Translations under genes and position numbers: made by a program
Part shown: positions 1 through 7,764 of the stretch, piece after piece
Numbering within the stretch: position 1 is the stretch's first letter
Layout of the letters: each line of letters begins with the position of its first letter
Origin: a virus
Lineage: Duplodnaviria; Caudoviricetes
Virus record (IMG/VR): IMGVR_UViG_3300049170_000119
Coordinates: 1 to 32,897 of that record
Strand: one strand, 5' to 3'
Length of the DNA: 32,897 nt
Notes under the pieces: generated by a model
Seen by the model: only the letters and a program-made list of their open reading frames with translations
Told to the model about the DNA's origin: nothing
Database searches by the model: none

Positions 1-330
1 TTAAAGCAGCCCGAGCGCCGTGTCCGGCCGGCAGAACGCGCACGCCTCCACCCCGTCCGCCAACGCCCGCCGCGCCTGCTCCTGCGACACCGGCTTCGTC
101 CGCTTCGCCATCCGACAGTCACCCACGTGCACCTCGAACGGGCGCCGGTCCTGCCCGATGCCGTGCGACACCACGTAGCCCGGATCGGCCGGCGGCGCAA
201 CGCGCTCGGCGCGGGCCGCGGCGGCGGCGCGCTGCTCCTCGGCTGCGATCCACCGGTCGGTCTGTTCAAGCTGCTGGACCTGGACGCGACGCAGGAAGCG
301 GAGCAGCTCGAGGCGCGGCATATCGGACAC
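1..330 (-). CDS. DUF6233-like protein with C-terminal H-x-x-x-C...CxxC motif
   Basis: VHVGDC...ARRALADGVEACAFCRPDTALGLL matches the recalled Streptomyces DUF6233 pattern; GTG start. Confidence 0.75.
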   Translation of the reverse strand: MSDMPRLELLRFLRRVQVQQLEQTDRWIAAEEQRAAAAARAERVAPPADPGYVVSHGIGQDRRPFEVHVGDCRMAKRTKPVSQEQARRALADGVEACAFCRPDTALGLL

Positions 331-338
331 GTGTTCGA
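323..338. promoter_or_regulatory. Actinobacterial LexA (SOS) box overlapping the start codon of the 1-330 gene
   Basis: TCGGAC-ACGT-GTTCGA, one mismatch to TCGAAC-N4-GTTCGA. On the minus strand a TAGACT -10 lies 7 nt before the GTG (leaderless). Confidence 0.75.
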
Positions 339-413
339 GTCTAGTCCGGTCCCGAACTCCTGCGACAAGCAGCCCCCGCCTGCCACCCTGGCTCCCTACG
401 ACCAGGAGGAACG

Positions 414-782
414 ATGGGCGACGCAGGATTCGAGATGCTAGAGACCGGCCCCGACAAGATGATCGTCGCGAACGAGGACGGCGTGACCACCACCACCTTC
501 GCCATGGAGCTGGCGCACTCCGTGCCCTGCACCCGCGAAGAGGAGGACGCAGCCTGGCGCCTGCGCGACTGGATCACGGACACGGACGAGGACCGCTTCC
601 AGCAGCTGGAGATCGCACTGCTCCAGTTCGAGGACAACCCGGGGCGCGAGGCCTTCGTCGCCGACGAGATCCGTGACCTTCGCAAGTGCTTCGCGGAGCA
701 GCGGGGGACGGACCGCTGGAGCCCCAGCCTCGCCAGCCTGCTGGCCAGGTTCGAGACGGCGGAAGCAGCCCTGCCGGAGTAG
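414..782 (+). CDS. Hypothetical protein (122 aa, acidic)
   Basis: GGAGGA RBS before ATG; GC-rich third positions. Confidence 0.75.
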   Translation: MGDAGFEMLETGPDKMIVANEDGVTTTTFAMELAHSVPCTREEEDAAWRLRDWITDTDEDRFQQLEIALLQFEDNPGREAFVADEIRDLRKCFAEQRGTDRWSPSLASLLARFETAEAALPE

Positions 783-785
783 CCG

Positions 786-965
786 TCATCCGGGCGGCGC
801 CGGGAGCCGGCGGGCGAGCCGTTCGACGAGCTCGTCCGCCGTGTCGGCGCCCGGCCCTTCTCCGGCCGCGATCGTCTGGAGCAGGCGCAGCACGGCGTGC
901 CCCTCCCCCGCGGTGAGCAGCGGTACTCGGTCACCCGGGGCGTCGAGCAGGTCATCAAGTTCCAT
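786..965 (-). CDS. Small 59-aa protein, DUF6417-like (absent from the ORF track)
   Basis: Hand translation MELDDLLDAPGDRVPLLTAGEGHAVLRLLQTIAAGEGPGADTADELVERLARRLPAPPG*; good codon bias, fills the gap, converges on the 414-782 gene. Confidence 0.6.
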   Translation of the reverse strand: MELDDLLDAPGDRVPLLTAGEGHAVLRLLQTIAAGEGPGADTADELVERLARRLPAPPG

Positions 966-1066
966 GCCCGGTCAACGGCCGGCTCGGCGTCCGGACACGA
1001 CGAAGCCCTGCAAAAGATCACCCCTCCGTGCCAGAGTCGAACTCCGCCAGCGAACAGGAACCGTCC

Positions 1067-1606
1067 ATGCGCACCGAGCTCCCGCCCCTCAGCTCACCAG
1101 TCGCCCGCGCCATCCTCACCCGCACCGCCCACGACCAGCTCCTCCACGCCACCACGGCGCTCCTCCTCTACGTGGGCCTGCGCCCCACTGAGGCGTTCGC
1201 CCTCAAGGTCAGCGACTACACCTCCGGCACCGAGCCGACCTTGATGGTCACCGAGGGTCGCTGGGAGCGGCGGGAAATCCGGATTGCCCCCTCAGCCGCG
1301 GCCGCGCTCGACACCTACCTGGCCGGCGAGGACACCAGCCCTGAGGAGCCGCTACTCCTCGGCATGCGGTCGAACTTCCTGCATGGCCTGCTCCGGGACG
1401 CCGCAGATGAGGCCCGCGTCAACGCTGGTGTGCACGATCTTCGGCGAGCCGCGGTCGCGGCCGCGATGGAGGGTGGGCACTCGGCGCAGGAGATCGGCGC
1501 GTACTTCGGCATGTCGACTCCGCCGGGGCGGAAGGACCTGGTGCCACTGCGGGACGGGTGGGGTGCCGGGGTGGCGGGCACACTGGAGGCCGCGTTCACC
1601 GAGTGA
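1067..1606 (+). CDS. Tyrosine recombinase-like catalytic-domain-only protein, probably inactive
   Basis: LLLYVGLRPTEAFALKVSD (box I) and HDLRR (box II); no core-binding domain; LGH replaced by FGM; no downstream Tyr. Confidence 0.75.
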   Translation: MRTELPPLSSPVARAILTRTAHDQLLHATTALLLYVGLRPTEAFALKVSDYTSGTEPTLMVTEGRWERREIRIAPSAAAALDTYLAGEDTSPEEPLLLGMRSNFLHGLLRDAADEARVNAGVHDLRRAAVAAAMEGGHSAQEIGAYFGMSTPPGRKDLVPLRDGWGAGVAGTLEAAFTE

Positions 1607-1621
1607 CTGCGCGCATACCGA

Positions 1622-1648
1622 AGCCCCCGACCACCACGGCCGGGGGCT
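1622..1648. terminator. Imperfect GC-rich hairpin between convergent genes
   Basis: AGCCCCCGACC-accac-GGCCGGGGGCT. Confidence 0.55.
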
Positions 1649-1659
1649 CGCTGCTGTCG

Positions 1660-1959
1660 CTACTCGGAAGCCGCTGGCTTCGTACGTGGCCGGTCCCGGC
1701 CTGACCCGGTGTACCCACGCTCGATGTCCTGCACCGTAGCCAGGCCCACCCCCAATGCGGCAGCGATCTTCCGATACGAAACAGGCGGGTCCTGCGCCCG
1801 CATGTCCAGCACGACCTGACGACGCAACTCCCGCCACCGCTTCCCCCGCTCCGCCTGATCGGCCATCACTTCGCCGATCGCCCTCGCGCGTTCCTGCGGG
1901 TCCGTCATCGCCTCCACGGCGTCCATGGCGTCGATCACGCGCTGAGCCTCCTCGGTCAC
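1660..1959 (-). CDS. Small HTH repressor (Kor-like) divergent from the membrane-protein operon
   Basis: VSYRKIAAALGVGLATVQDIERG HTH; GTG start at 1959 after GAGG. Confidence 0.75.
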   Translation of the reverse strand: MTEEAQRVIDAMDAVEAMTDPQERARAIGEVMADQAERGKRWRELRRQVVLDMRAQDPPVSYRKIAAALGVGLATVQDIERGYTGSGRDRPRTKPAASE

Positions 1960-1989
1960 ACCCGGCCTCATTCCGATCGGTCGGGCCGC

Positions 1990-2019
1990 TTGCCCAGAGT
2001 GTACGGGGCCCCGTACAGT
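1990..2019 (+). promoter_or_regulatory. Overlapping divergent promoters with a perfect 18-bp palindromic operator
   Basis: TTGCCC(1990)-N18-TACAGT(2014); palindrome TGTACGGGGCCCCGTACA at 2000-2017; opposite-strand TACACT at 2003-1998. Confidence 0.75.
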
Positions 2020-2121
2020 CGGGGAAGTAGCCCAGCTACTAACGCAAGACGGCCCCGGCCGGCGCTGCGAACGCCACATGGCCGGGGCCAGCCATCCACC
2101 TGACATCACCAGGAGATGACC

Positions 2122-2433
2122 GTGACCGAGCGTACCTACGGGACCGACCTCGACCTAGTCCTCGCACGCATCCTGTCCGAGCCCACGTGGGCGCACCGGC
2201 TGCTCCTCGCCGCCGCCCACCACCTCGAGACCGACCAGCCGTTCCAGATCTGCGCCCCCGCCATCCTCACCGAAGCACTCGACCACGGGTACGAGCAGGT
2301 GTGCGCCGGCCTCCCCGAGATCGTGGCCAACGAGGCGGCGCAGCGCGCCGTGGCCGTACTCCCCGAGCTGCGGCCGGACGCCACCGCGGGCGAGGTCGCG
2401 CTCAAGCTGCGCGCCGCGGCGGGAGGCGTGTGA
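2122..2433 (+). CDS. Hypothetical protein
   Basis: AGGAG 6 nt upstream of GTG 2122; TGATG coupling to the next gene. Confidence 0.7.
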   Translation: MTERTYGTDLDLVLARILSEPTWAHRLLLAAAHHLETDQPFQICAPAILTEALDHGYEQVCAGLPEIVANEAAQRAVAVLPELRPDATAGEVALKLRAAAGGV

Positions 2434-2597
2434 TGGGGATCTTCAAGCCCAAGTACGCGCCCGCGCCCGCCCCGGACCGCACCCCGCGCGCGAACCCAAT
2501 CGTCGACGCGCCCGCCACCGTCGCCGACTGCGCCCGCGACTACGAGGCCGGTGCCGACGTGCGCGCCACCGCGGCCAAGCAGGACGCCCGCCGCTGA
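2433..2597 (+). CDS. Small hypothetical protein (MGIFKPKYAP..., 54 aa)
   Basis: GGAGG RBS, TGATG overlap, strong codon bias. Confidence 0.6.
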   Translation: MGIFKPKYAPAPAPDRTPRANPIVDAPATVADCARDYEAGADVRATAAKQDARR

Positions 2598-2673
2598 CCC
2601 CCGACCGCCGCGGGCGCCGTGACCACCCCCACACGACGCCCGCGGCCCCCTCTCTGCGCTCCGGAGGAGCACC

Positions 2674-3522
2674 GTGAAGACCCGCACCGTGCAGCGGACC
2701 CGCCTCGTCCCCCACACCATCGACGGTCGCACTGAGATGGTCCTCGACCGGTACCAGGTCCAGGTGCCCGTACCGCCGCGCGACTGGGACCGCATCATCC
2801 GCACCGCCGTCACCATCGCCGCCGGGCTCATCCTCACCGCCTGCGTCATCTGGTCCACAGCCTCCATCGGCGACCTCCTCGCCCGCGTCGTCATCCCACC
2901 CGCCGCGTACGCGGCCGCGGTCGTCTTCGACCTCGCGTGGATCTCCTGCATGGCCCTCGAATGGCTCGCCCGCTACGACACCCGCCGCGCCGCCCTCCCC
3001 CGCAAGGCCGGGCACGTCGCCCTGCTCCTCGCCATGGGCGCCGTCGCCGCACACGGCTCGCTCGCCGGGCAGCTCGTCATCGGCATCGTCGGCGCCGCCG
3101 TCTCCGGACTCGCCAAGGGCCTGTGGACCGTCGTCCTCGCCCACCACGCCACCCCGCTCAACGACCGCACACAGCAGTGGGTCGACAAGCAGCGCGCCGA
3201 AGCCGGCGGCCGCCTCGCCATGGTCGCCGTACGCCGCGAACTGACCCGCGCCGACGCCCTGGTGCACGCCGAGCGGACCGCCCTCGAAGCCCGTCCGGAC
3301 GCCGATCCGGACGAGTCCGGACAGTCCGCGGACACTCCGGACGAGGCAGAGCAGCCCGCACCGTCCGGGCCGATGACCATCGCGGACGCCGTCCGGACCG
3401 CAGCGGACTCCGGGCTGAAGGATCCGGACGCGATCCTCCGCTACGTCCGGACCGTGGCCGACGCCAACGCGAACCCGGAGACCGTGAACCGGTACATCCG
3501 CCGCCTGAAGCTGGCCAGCTGA
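2674..3522 (+). CDS. Four-TM membrane protein with helical/coiled-coil region and C-terminal helical domain (SpdB/DUF2637-like architecture)
   Basis: Four hydrophobic segments, acidic Pro linker, helical C-terminus; GGAGGA RBS. Confidence 0.7.
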   Translation: MKTRTVQRTRLVPHTIDGRTEMVLDRYQVQVPVPPRDWDRIIRTAVTIAAGLILTACVIWSTASIGDLLARVVIPPAAYAAAVVFDLAWISCMALEWLARYDTRRAALPRKAGHVALLLAMGAVAAHGSLAGQLVIGIVGAAVSGLAKGLWTVVLAHHATPLNDRTQQWVDKQRAEAGGRLAMVAVRRELTRADALVHAERTALEARPDADPDESGQSADTPDEAEQPAPSGPMTIADAVRTAADSGLKDPDAILRYVRTVADANANPETVNRYIRRLKLAS

Positions 3523-3662
3523 TGTGGCCCCTGTTCCTGATCGCCATGGTCGGCGGGTTCTGCGGCCTGTCCGCAGTCTCCCGCCGCGACCTGCCCCTCA
3601 CCGTCGGCACCACCACCCTCATCCTCGCCCTCGCCGTACTCGGCGTGGCCCTCCTCCACTGA
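3522..3662 (+). CDS. Small two-TM membrane protein (46 aa)
   Basis: MWPLFLIAMVGGFCGLSAV...LILALAVLGVALLH; TGATG overlap. Confidence 0.65.
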   Translation: MWPLFLIAMVGGFCGLSAVSRRDLPLTVGTTTLILALAVLGVALLH

Positions 3663-3669
3663 GGACCCC

Positions 3670-4179
3670 ATGACCATCGTCACCATCGGCGGCGTGACCG
3701 TCGGCCTCGCCCTCCTCATCCGCTTCGCCGTCACCTGGTGGCCCGGCACCAAGGTCCTGCGCAGCAACCCGCTCGGCCACCTCGGCACGCTGCTCCCGTT
3801 CCTCGCCGCCTGGGCCTACGGCGTCCTGACCATCCTCACCGTCGGCGGACTCGTCGGCTGGATCGCCGACACGGCACTCTGGATCTCCAACTGGCTCGGT
3901 GACGTCGCCCTCGTCTGGGGCGTCGGCACCACCGCCGGCACCTCCGCGGGCAGCGGCACATACCTGCCGCTCACCCAGACCGGCGGGGCGCTCGTCCTGC
4001 TGCTCACCGTCGGCATGCTCGCTGCGGTCAAGGCGTCCCGCTACGGCCGCGATCTCAAGATGGGCGCCTGGTGCGGCATCTGCCTGGGCACCTCCGCCGG
4101 GATCGCCGGAGCCGCCGCGGTGCCGCTCGCGCAGGCAGCGAACACCATCGGCGCCACCGTGTACGGGGTGCTGGCATGA
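3670..4179 (+). CDS. Multi-TM membrane protein (169 aa)
   Basis: GAGGA RBS; several hydrophobic Gly/Ala-rich helices. Confidence 0.8.
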   Translation: MTIVTIGGVTVGLALLIRFAVTWWPGTKVLRSNPLGHLGTLLPFLAAWAYGVLTILTVGGLVGWIADTALWISNWLGDVALVWGVGTTAGTSAGSGTYLPLTQTGGALVLLLTVGMLAAVKASRYGRDLKMGAWCGICLGTSAGIAGAAAVPLAQAANTIGATVYGVLA

Positions 4180-4826
4180 CCAGTGAGCCCGAGACTCAGC
4201 CGACTGAGCCTGTTGAACCGGAAGAGCCGAGCCGCCTCGCCGGCGGCTGCGTCCTCGCCATCGCCGCCAGCGCGGCCGGGGGCATCGTCTACGCGGTGCC
4301 AGAGGCCGGCTACTTCATGGCCGGGCTTCTCGCCACGGGCACAGTCCGCAGGGCACGCGGCTGGCTCGACGGGCGCCGCGCCCCGGCCGACGAGGACGAG
4401 GAGACCGAGGAGCCGGACGCCGAGCCGGTCGACATCGCCGAGCACCTCCGCACCCTCGGCACGGGCGGCCGTCACGTCCTCCTCACGACGTTGGCAAAGG
4501 AGGCCGGCCTGCCCGACACCAAGGCCGTGCGGGCGCTCCTCGAGGAGGCGGGCGTGCGCGTCCGCGGGGTCCGCGGGCTGAAGGTCGACGGGCAGGAGGG
4601 CAACGGGCCCGGTGTCCATATGGCCGACATCCCGGGCGCCCCGCTCCCCGCCGGCGCGCCCCCTGCCGAGCGTTGTTTGTGCAGCTCAGCCGCCAACGCC
4701 AACACCAACAACGCGGGCGGAGAGGGGCCCCGAGAGGGGTTCCGTGTAGAGCCCATCGGCCAGGCCGGGACCGTCGTCCACGACCCGGCAGAGGCGCACC
4801 GCCGTCAGCAGGTGCGCACCCACTAG
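4176..4826 (+). CDS. Membrane protein with acidic linker and putative winged-helix domain
   Basis: ATGA overlap; two TM-like segments, then VLLTTLAKEAGLPDTKAVRALLEEAGVRVR...GVHMADIP. Confidence 0.65.
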   Translation: MTSEPETQPTEPVEPEEPSRLAGGCVLAIAASAAGGIVYAVPEAGYFMAGLLATGTVRRARGWLDGRRAPADEDEETEEPDAEPVDIAEHLRTLGTGGRHVLLTTLAKEAGLPDTKAVRALLEEAGVRVRGVRGLKVDGQEGNGPGVHMADIPGAPLPAGAPPAERCLCSSAANANTNNAGGEGPREGFRVEPIGQAGTVVHDPAEAHRRQQVRTH

Positions 4827-4900
4827 ACCCCGGGGCGGCCCTCGCTGCCAGGCATCCGGCCGCCCCGGTCCCATCCCCACCAGGAGACAGGAGCGCCATC

Positions 4901-5044
4901 ATGGCACTCAGGAAGACCATGGCCGCCCGTGACCCGCAGCTGGCCACGCCGGACAACCCGCACTCCCGCGAGTACCAGTCCAGCCGCGGCGGCTACGCCG
5001 ACACCCCGCCGAAGCCCGTCCCCGGCACCCCGAAGGAGAAGTGA
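4901..5044 (+). CDS. Small hypothetical protein (47 aa)
   Basis: AGGAG RBS before ATG 4901. Confidence 0.55.
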   Translation: MALRKTMAARDPQLATPDNPHSREYQSSRGGYADTPPKPVPGTPKEK

Positions 5045-5045
5045 C

Positions 5046-5222
5046 ATGAGCGCCCACCTGGACGGCTGCGGAGCCGACGAGGACCCGGACGGCGAAACCA
5101 TGTGCGTCTGCGCCAGCATCGCCGCTGAGCCAAAGCACGACCCCCGGGAAGACGAGGAGTGCACCCCCGAGTTGATCGACGGCCACGTCATTGGATGCGG
5201 CGTGTGCCAGGCATGCCGCTGA
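5046..5222 (+). CDS. Small acidic Cys-rich protein (58 aa)
   Basis: AAGGAG RBS; C, CxC, C and CxxCxxC motifs. Confidence 0.55.
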   Translation: MSAHLDGCGADEDPDGETMCVCASIAAEPKHDPREDEECTPELIDGHVIGCGVCQACR

Positions 5223-5260
5223 CCGCCTGCCACACTGAGTCGACACCCGAGGAGGCACCC

Positions 5261-5431
5261 ATGCCCGTCAAGCTGGCCAAGCCGCAACCGAACCCCGCCA
5301 CAGCCGAGCGGATCAACGAAGTCCTGCGGTGGGCGGACGTAGCCGCCCGTTCGTTCGCCCCGGCCGTCGAGCGGGCCTGTGGGGAGATGGGCCGCTCGCT
5401 GCGGCCACTGAAGCGGGACGGCTCTGCCTGA
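5261..5431 (+). CDS. Small hypothetical protein (56 aa)
   Basis: GAGGAGG RBS before ATG 5261. Confidence 0.6.
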   Translation: MPVKLAKPQPNPATAERINEVLRWADVAARSFAPAVERACGEMGRSLRPLKRDGSA

Positions 5432-5501
5432 CCGCTGTCACACCCCCGCAGTAGCCTGACCGCATCCCACCCGCGCTCGCTGGCTGCAGCGCTACTCGGG
5501 C

Positions 5502-5538
5502 CGAAGCCCCTGCCGTTGTACACACGGCAGGGGCTTCG
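5502..5538. terminator. Bidirectional terminator hairpin
   Basis: Perfect 15-bp stem CGAAGCCCCTGCCGT-tgtacac-ACGGCAGGGGCTTCG between convergent genes. Confidence 0.85.
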
Positions 5539-5706
5539 TCATGCCTTCGACTCCCGCGGTACAGCAACCGCCCGCGCGACCCAGCCGCGCCCGATCCGAT
5601 CCGTCGGCAGCAGCGTCGGCTGCGCACCCAGCCGCCGGCACAACTCGGCGAGCGCCTGCTCGCACTCTGTACGGGTGCGGCCCCGGATCATGTAGGAGAC
5701 CCCCAT
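5539..5706 (-). CDS. Small hypothetical protein (MGVSYMIRGRTRTECEQAL..., 55 aa), probably leaderless
   Basis: CAGACT 7 nt before ATG 5706; stop abuts the terminator. Confidence 0.55.
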   Translation of the reverse strand: MGVSYMIRGRTRTECEQALAELCRRLGAQPTLLPTDRIGRGWVARAVAVPRESKA

Positions 5707-5741
5707 ACGGGGCAGTCTGCCGCACGGGGGTCTCAGCATGT

Positions 5742-6020
5742 TCAGAAACCGGAAGAGCTACGCCGGATCGCGTTGCGCTGCGCATCGAGCAGTACCTCGA
5801 AGCGCATGAACGCCACCTCGCCATCACACGGGGCGCAGTGCCACGGCCGCTTCGGCTGCGACCACAGCCACGGTTTCTCAGTTGACTTGCCGCAGCGGTC
5901 ACAGCTCGGCGAGCTCAGCGGGTTCACGCGCGGCCGGATTCGCGTGGCCAGGTTGGCGAGCGTCGCCAAAGCGACGGACGTCAGCAGGACAGCGATAGCC
6001 ATCGCTGCGAGCGGGCTCAT
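5742..6020 (-). CDS. N-terminal TM plus CxxC...CxxC zinc-binding protein
   Basis: Hydrophobic N-terminus, CDRC and CAPC; ATGA overlap with the upstream gene. Confidence 0.55.
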   Translation of the reverse strand: MSPLAAMAIAVLLTSVALATLANLATRIRPRVNPLSSPSCDRCGKSTEKPWLWSQPKRPWHCAPCDGEVAFMRFEVLLDAQRNAIRRSSSGF

Positions 6021-6427
6021 GGCCGCCACTTCTCGCGGTAGTCGGCGTGGTCGGCGTGCGCCAGGGCCAGGTGCTGGAGAACCGGCTCAAGGGCGAGAAG
6101 CGTCACCCTGGCGGGCCGTCGGACGAGGTGGTCCGGAAACTCGGCGTCTTCCTGCGCCTTCGTTACCAGCCGGAGCACGCCGCGCTTTGCCTCGACTTCG
6201 GCGAGGACGCGGGCCGGGTCATGGCGAACGACGTGGTCGACGAGGCCGGGCTTCAGCGGACCACTGTGGCCGTAGAACAGCACGTGTCCGTTGAACGTCC
6301 GCGCCGCGTCGGGACCGTCGGCGACCCACCGTCCATCCCACGGGGCGCTCCGGTCCTCCACCGCCCGCGCGGTTTGCTCGTCTTCGTCGAGGCGGGCCCG
6401 CAGGAACGCCACCAACTCCGCGGTCAC
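6017..6427 (-). CDS. DUF6221-like phage protein
   Basis: LVAFLRARLDEDE...RHDPARVLAEVEAKR...LALAHADHADYREKWRP signature; GTGA overlap. Confidence 0.85.
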   Translation of the reverse strand: MTAELVAFLRARLDEDEQTARAVEDRSAPWDGRWVADGPDAARTFNGHVLFYGHSGPLKPGLVDHVVRHDPARVLAEVEAKRGVLRLVTKAQEDAEFPDHLVRRPARVTLLALEPVLQHLALAHADHADYREKWRP

Positions 6428-6678
6428 GACGCCGGCTCCCTTCTCGGCGGACGGCCGCCCTTGCGTGCACGGCGAGCGGTCAGCTCCTCGTCGGCGGCGG
6501 CGAGTTCGGCGCGCTCGTGATCGTTGCCGTGCTGCTCGATGAAGGAGCGGACGTGGTCGACGAGGTCGGTACTGCGGTCGACTCCGGCCCGGGCGGCGGC
6601 TGTTCCGTAGGCGTCCCACATGCGGCGGGGGATGCGGAAGCGGGTGGCGAAGGTGTGGTCCTTGTCGTCTGGGGACAT
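6424..6678 (-). CDS. Ribbon-helix-helix-like DNA-binding protein
   Basis: TRFRIPRRMWDAYGTAAARAGVDRSTDLVDHVRSFI (beta strand plus two helices). Confidence 0.7.
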   Translation of the reverse strand: MSPDDKDHTFATRFRIPRRMWDAYGTAAARAGVDRSTDLVDHVRSFIEQHGNDHERAELAAADEELTARRARKGGRPPRREPAS

Positions 6679-6684
6679 GGGGTC

Positions 6685-6755
6685 ATGTTCCCACACAGAT
6701 AGCCGGGCGCAACCCCTTGTGTGGGTACACAGTTGGCGCTACTGTGTGGGTACAC
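6685..6755. promoter_or_regulatory. Promoter of the WYL operon with three 13-bp operator repeats
   Basis: TGTGTGGGTACAC at 6718-6730 and 6743-6755; inverted 11/13 copy at 6685-6697; TTGTGT(6717)-N17-TACTGT(6740). Confidence 0.75.
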
Positions 6756-6778
6756 GGTAAGCGACCAAGGGGGACCCG

Positions 6779-7168
6779 ATGAGGCACACCACCAACGAGA
6801 CCAGCACCCAGACCCTCACCCGCCTCATCAAAGCCCTCGACGCCAAGCACCCCGTCACCATCACCTACACCAAGGCCGACGGCACCCAGACCATCCGCAC
6901 CATCGAGATCGCCGACATCCTCGTCACCACCGCCGGCGACATCGTCCTCCGCGCCGCCGACCGCGACACCCAGGAGATGCGCTCCTTCCGCGTCGACCGC
7001 ATCCAGACCTACACGATCCACCGCACCGCCTACACCGTCGCCCGCCCCGCCGCCGACGACGACAAGCCGGCCCGCACCACCGGCCTCGCCACCGTCACCG
7101 TCCTCTACCCGGTCGACGCCCCCATCGCCGCCCGCGTCCAGCTTCTCGCCGACACCCTCGCCGCCTGA
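6779..7168 (+). CDS. Stand-alone WYL-domain protein
   Basis: ALDAKHPVTITYTKADGTQTIRTIE...LRAADRDTQEMRSFRVDRI; no HTH or WCX domain. Confidence 0.85.
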   Translation: MRHTTNETSTQTLTRLIKALDAKHPVTITYTKADGTQTIRTIEIADILVTTAGDIVLRAADRDTQEMRSFRVDRIQTYTIHRTAYTVARPAADDDKPARTTGLATVTVLYPVDAPIAARVQLLADTLAA

Positions 7169-7183
7169 TCGGAGACCACCGCC

Positions 7184-7462
7184 ATGGACCTCATCCCCGA
7201 ACCGCAGCCCGGCTTCGACCGCGAGCAGTGGACCACCTGCCACATCACCCGCCTCACCGTCGGCGACATCCTCGCCTTCACCGACGAACTGCTGCTGCGG
7301 CCCGCGGTCGTCACCGCCGCCCAAACCGAAGAGGTGCCGGGCGACCAGTACGGGCTCGCCCTCGGGACCGCCCGTTTCCTCGACAACGGCGAGGAGATCA
7401 AGTTCAAGGCCCGCGGCAACCTCTCGGTCGCGATGCGCTGCGACCTCCGCTACACGCCCTGA
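7184..7462 (+). CDS. Hypothetical protein
   Basis: GGAGA RBS; codon bias. Confidence 0.7.
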   Translation: MDLIPEPQPGFDREQWTTCHITRLTVGDILAFTDELLLRPAVVTAAQTEEVPGDQYGLALGTARFLDNGEEIKFKARGNLSVAMRCDLRYTP

Positions 7463-7506
7463 CCCGCCCCCGGCGCCCCGCGCCACCAACCCGAAGGGAC
7501 ACCCCC

Positions 7507-7764
7507 GTGATCCGCACTACCTACCGCGGCCGCAACATCAAGGTCCTCGCCGCCCGCGGCAAGCCGTTCCACCGCAAGCTTGTCATCAACGGCCAGGTCA
7601 TCAACCACGCCTGGCAGGGCGACGACGCGCAGGCCCTCGACTGGTTCCGGAACGTCATCGACCGCCTTGACGAGAAGGGCCCCAGCTGCCCCGCGGACGA
7701 ATACCCGCACTGGTGGCCGCCCGCCACCAACACTGCGAAGGACACGAGCCGGAAGCCCGCCTGA
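7507..7764 (+). CDS. Hypothetical protein (MIRTTYRGRNIKV..., 85 aa)
   Basis: AAGGGA RBS before GTG 7507; codon bias. Confidence 0.65.
   Translation: MIRTTYRGRNIKVLAARGKPFHRKLVINGQVINHAWQGDDAQALDWFRNVIDRLDEKGPSCPADEYPHWWPPATNTAKDTSRKPA

Noticed and set aside
1067-1606. Calling this the prophage integrase
   Set aside because: Too short; lacks the binding domains and the catalytic Tyr.
6718-6755. 13-bp direct repeats as CRISPR or att core
   Set aside because: Only two direct copies 12 bp apart, no cas genes, and they overlap promoter elements, which fits operators.
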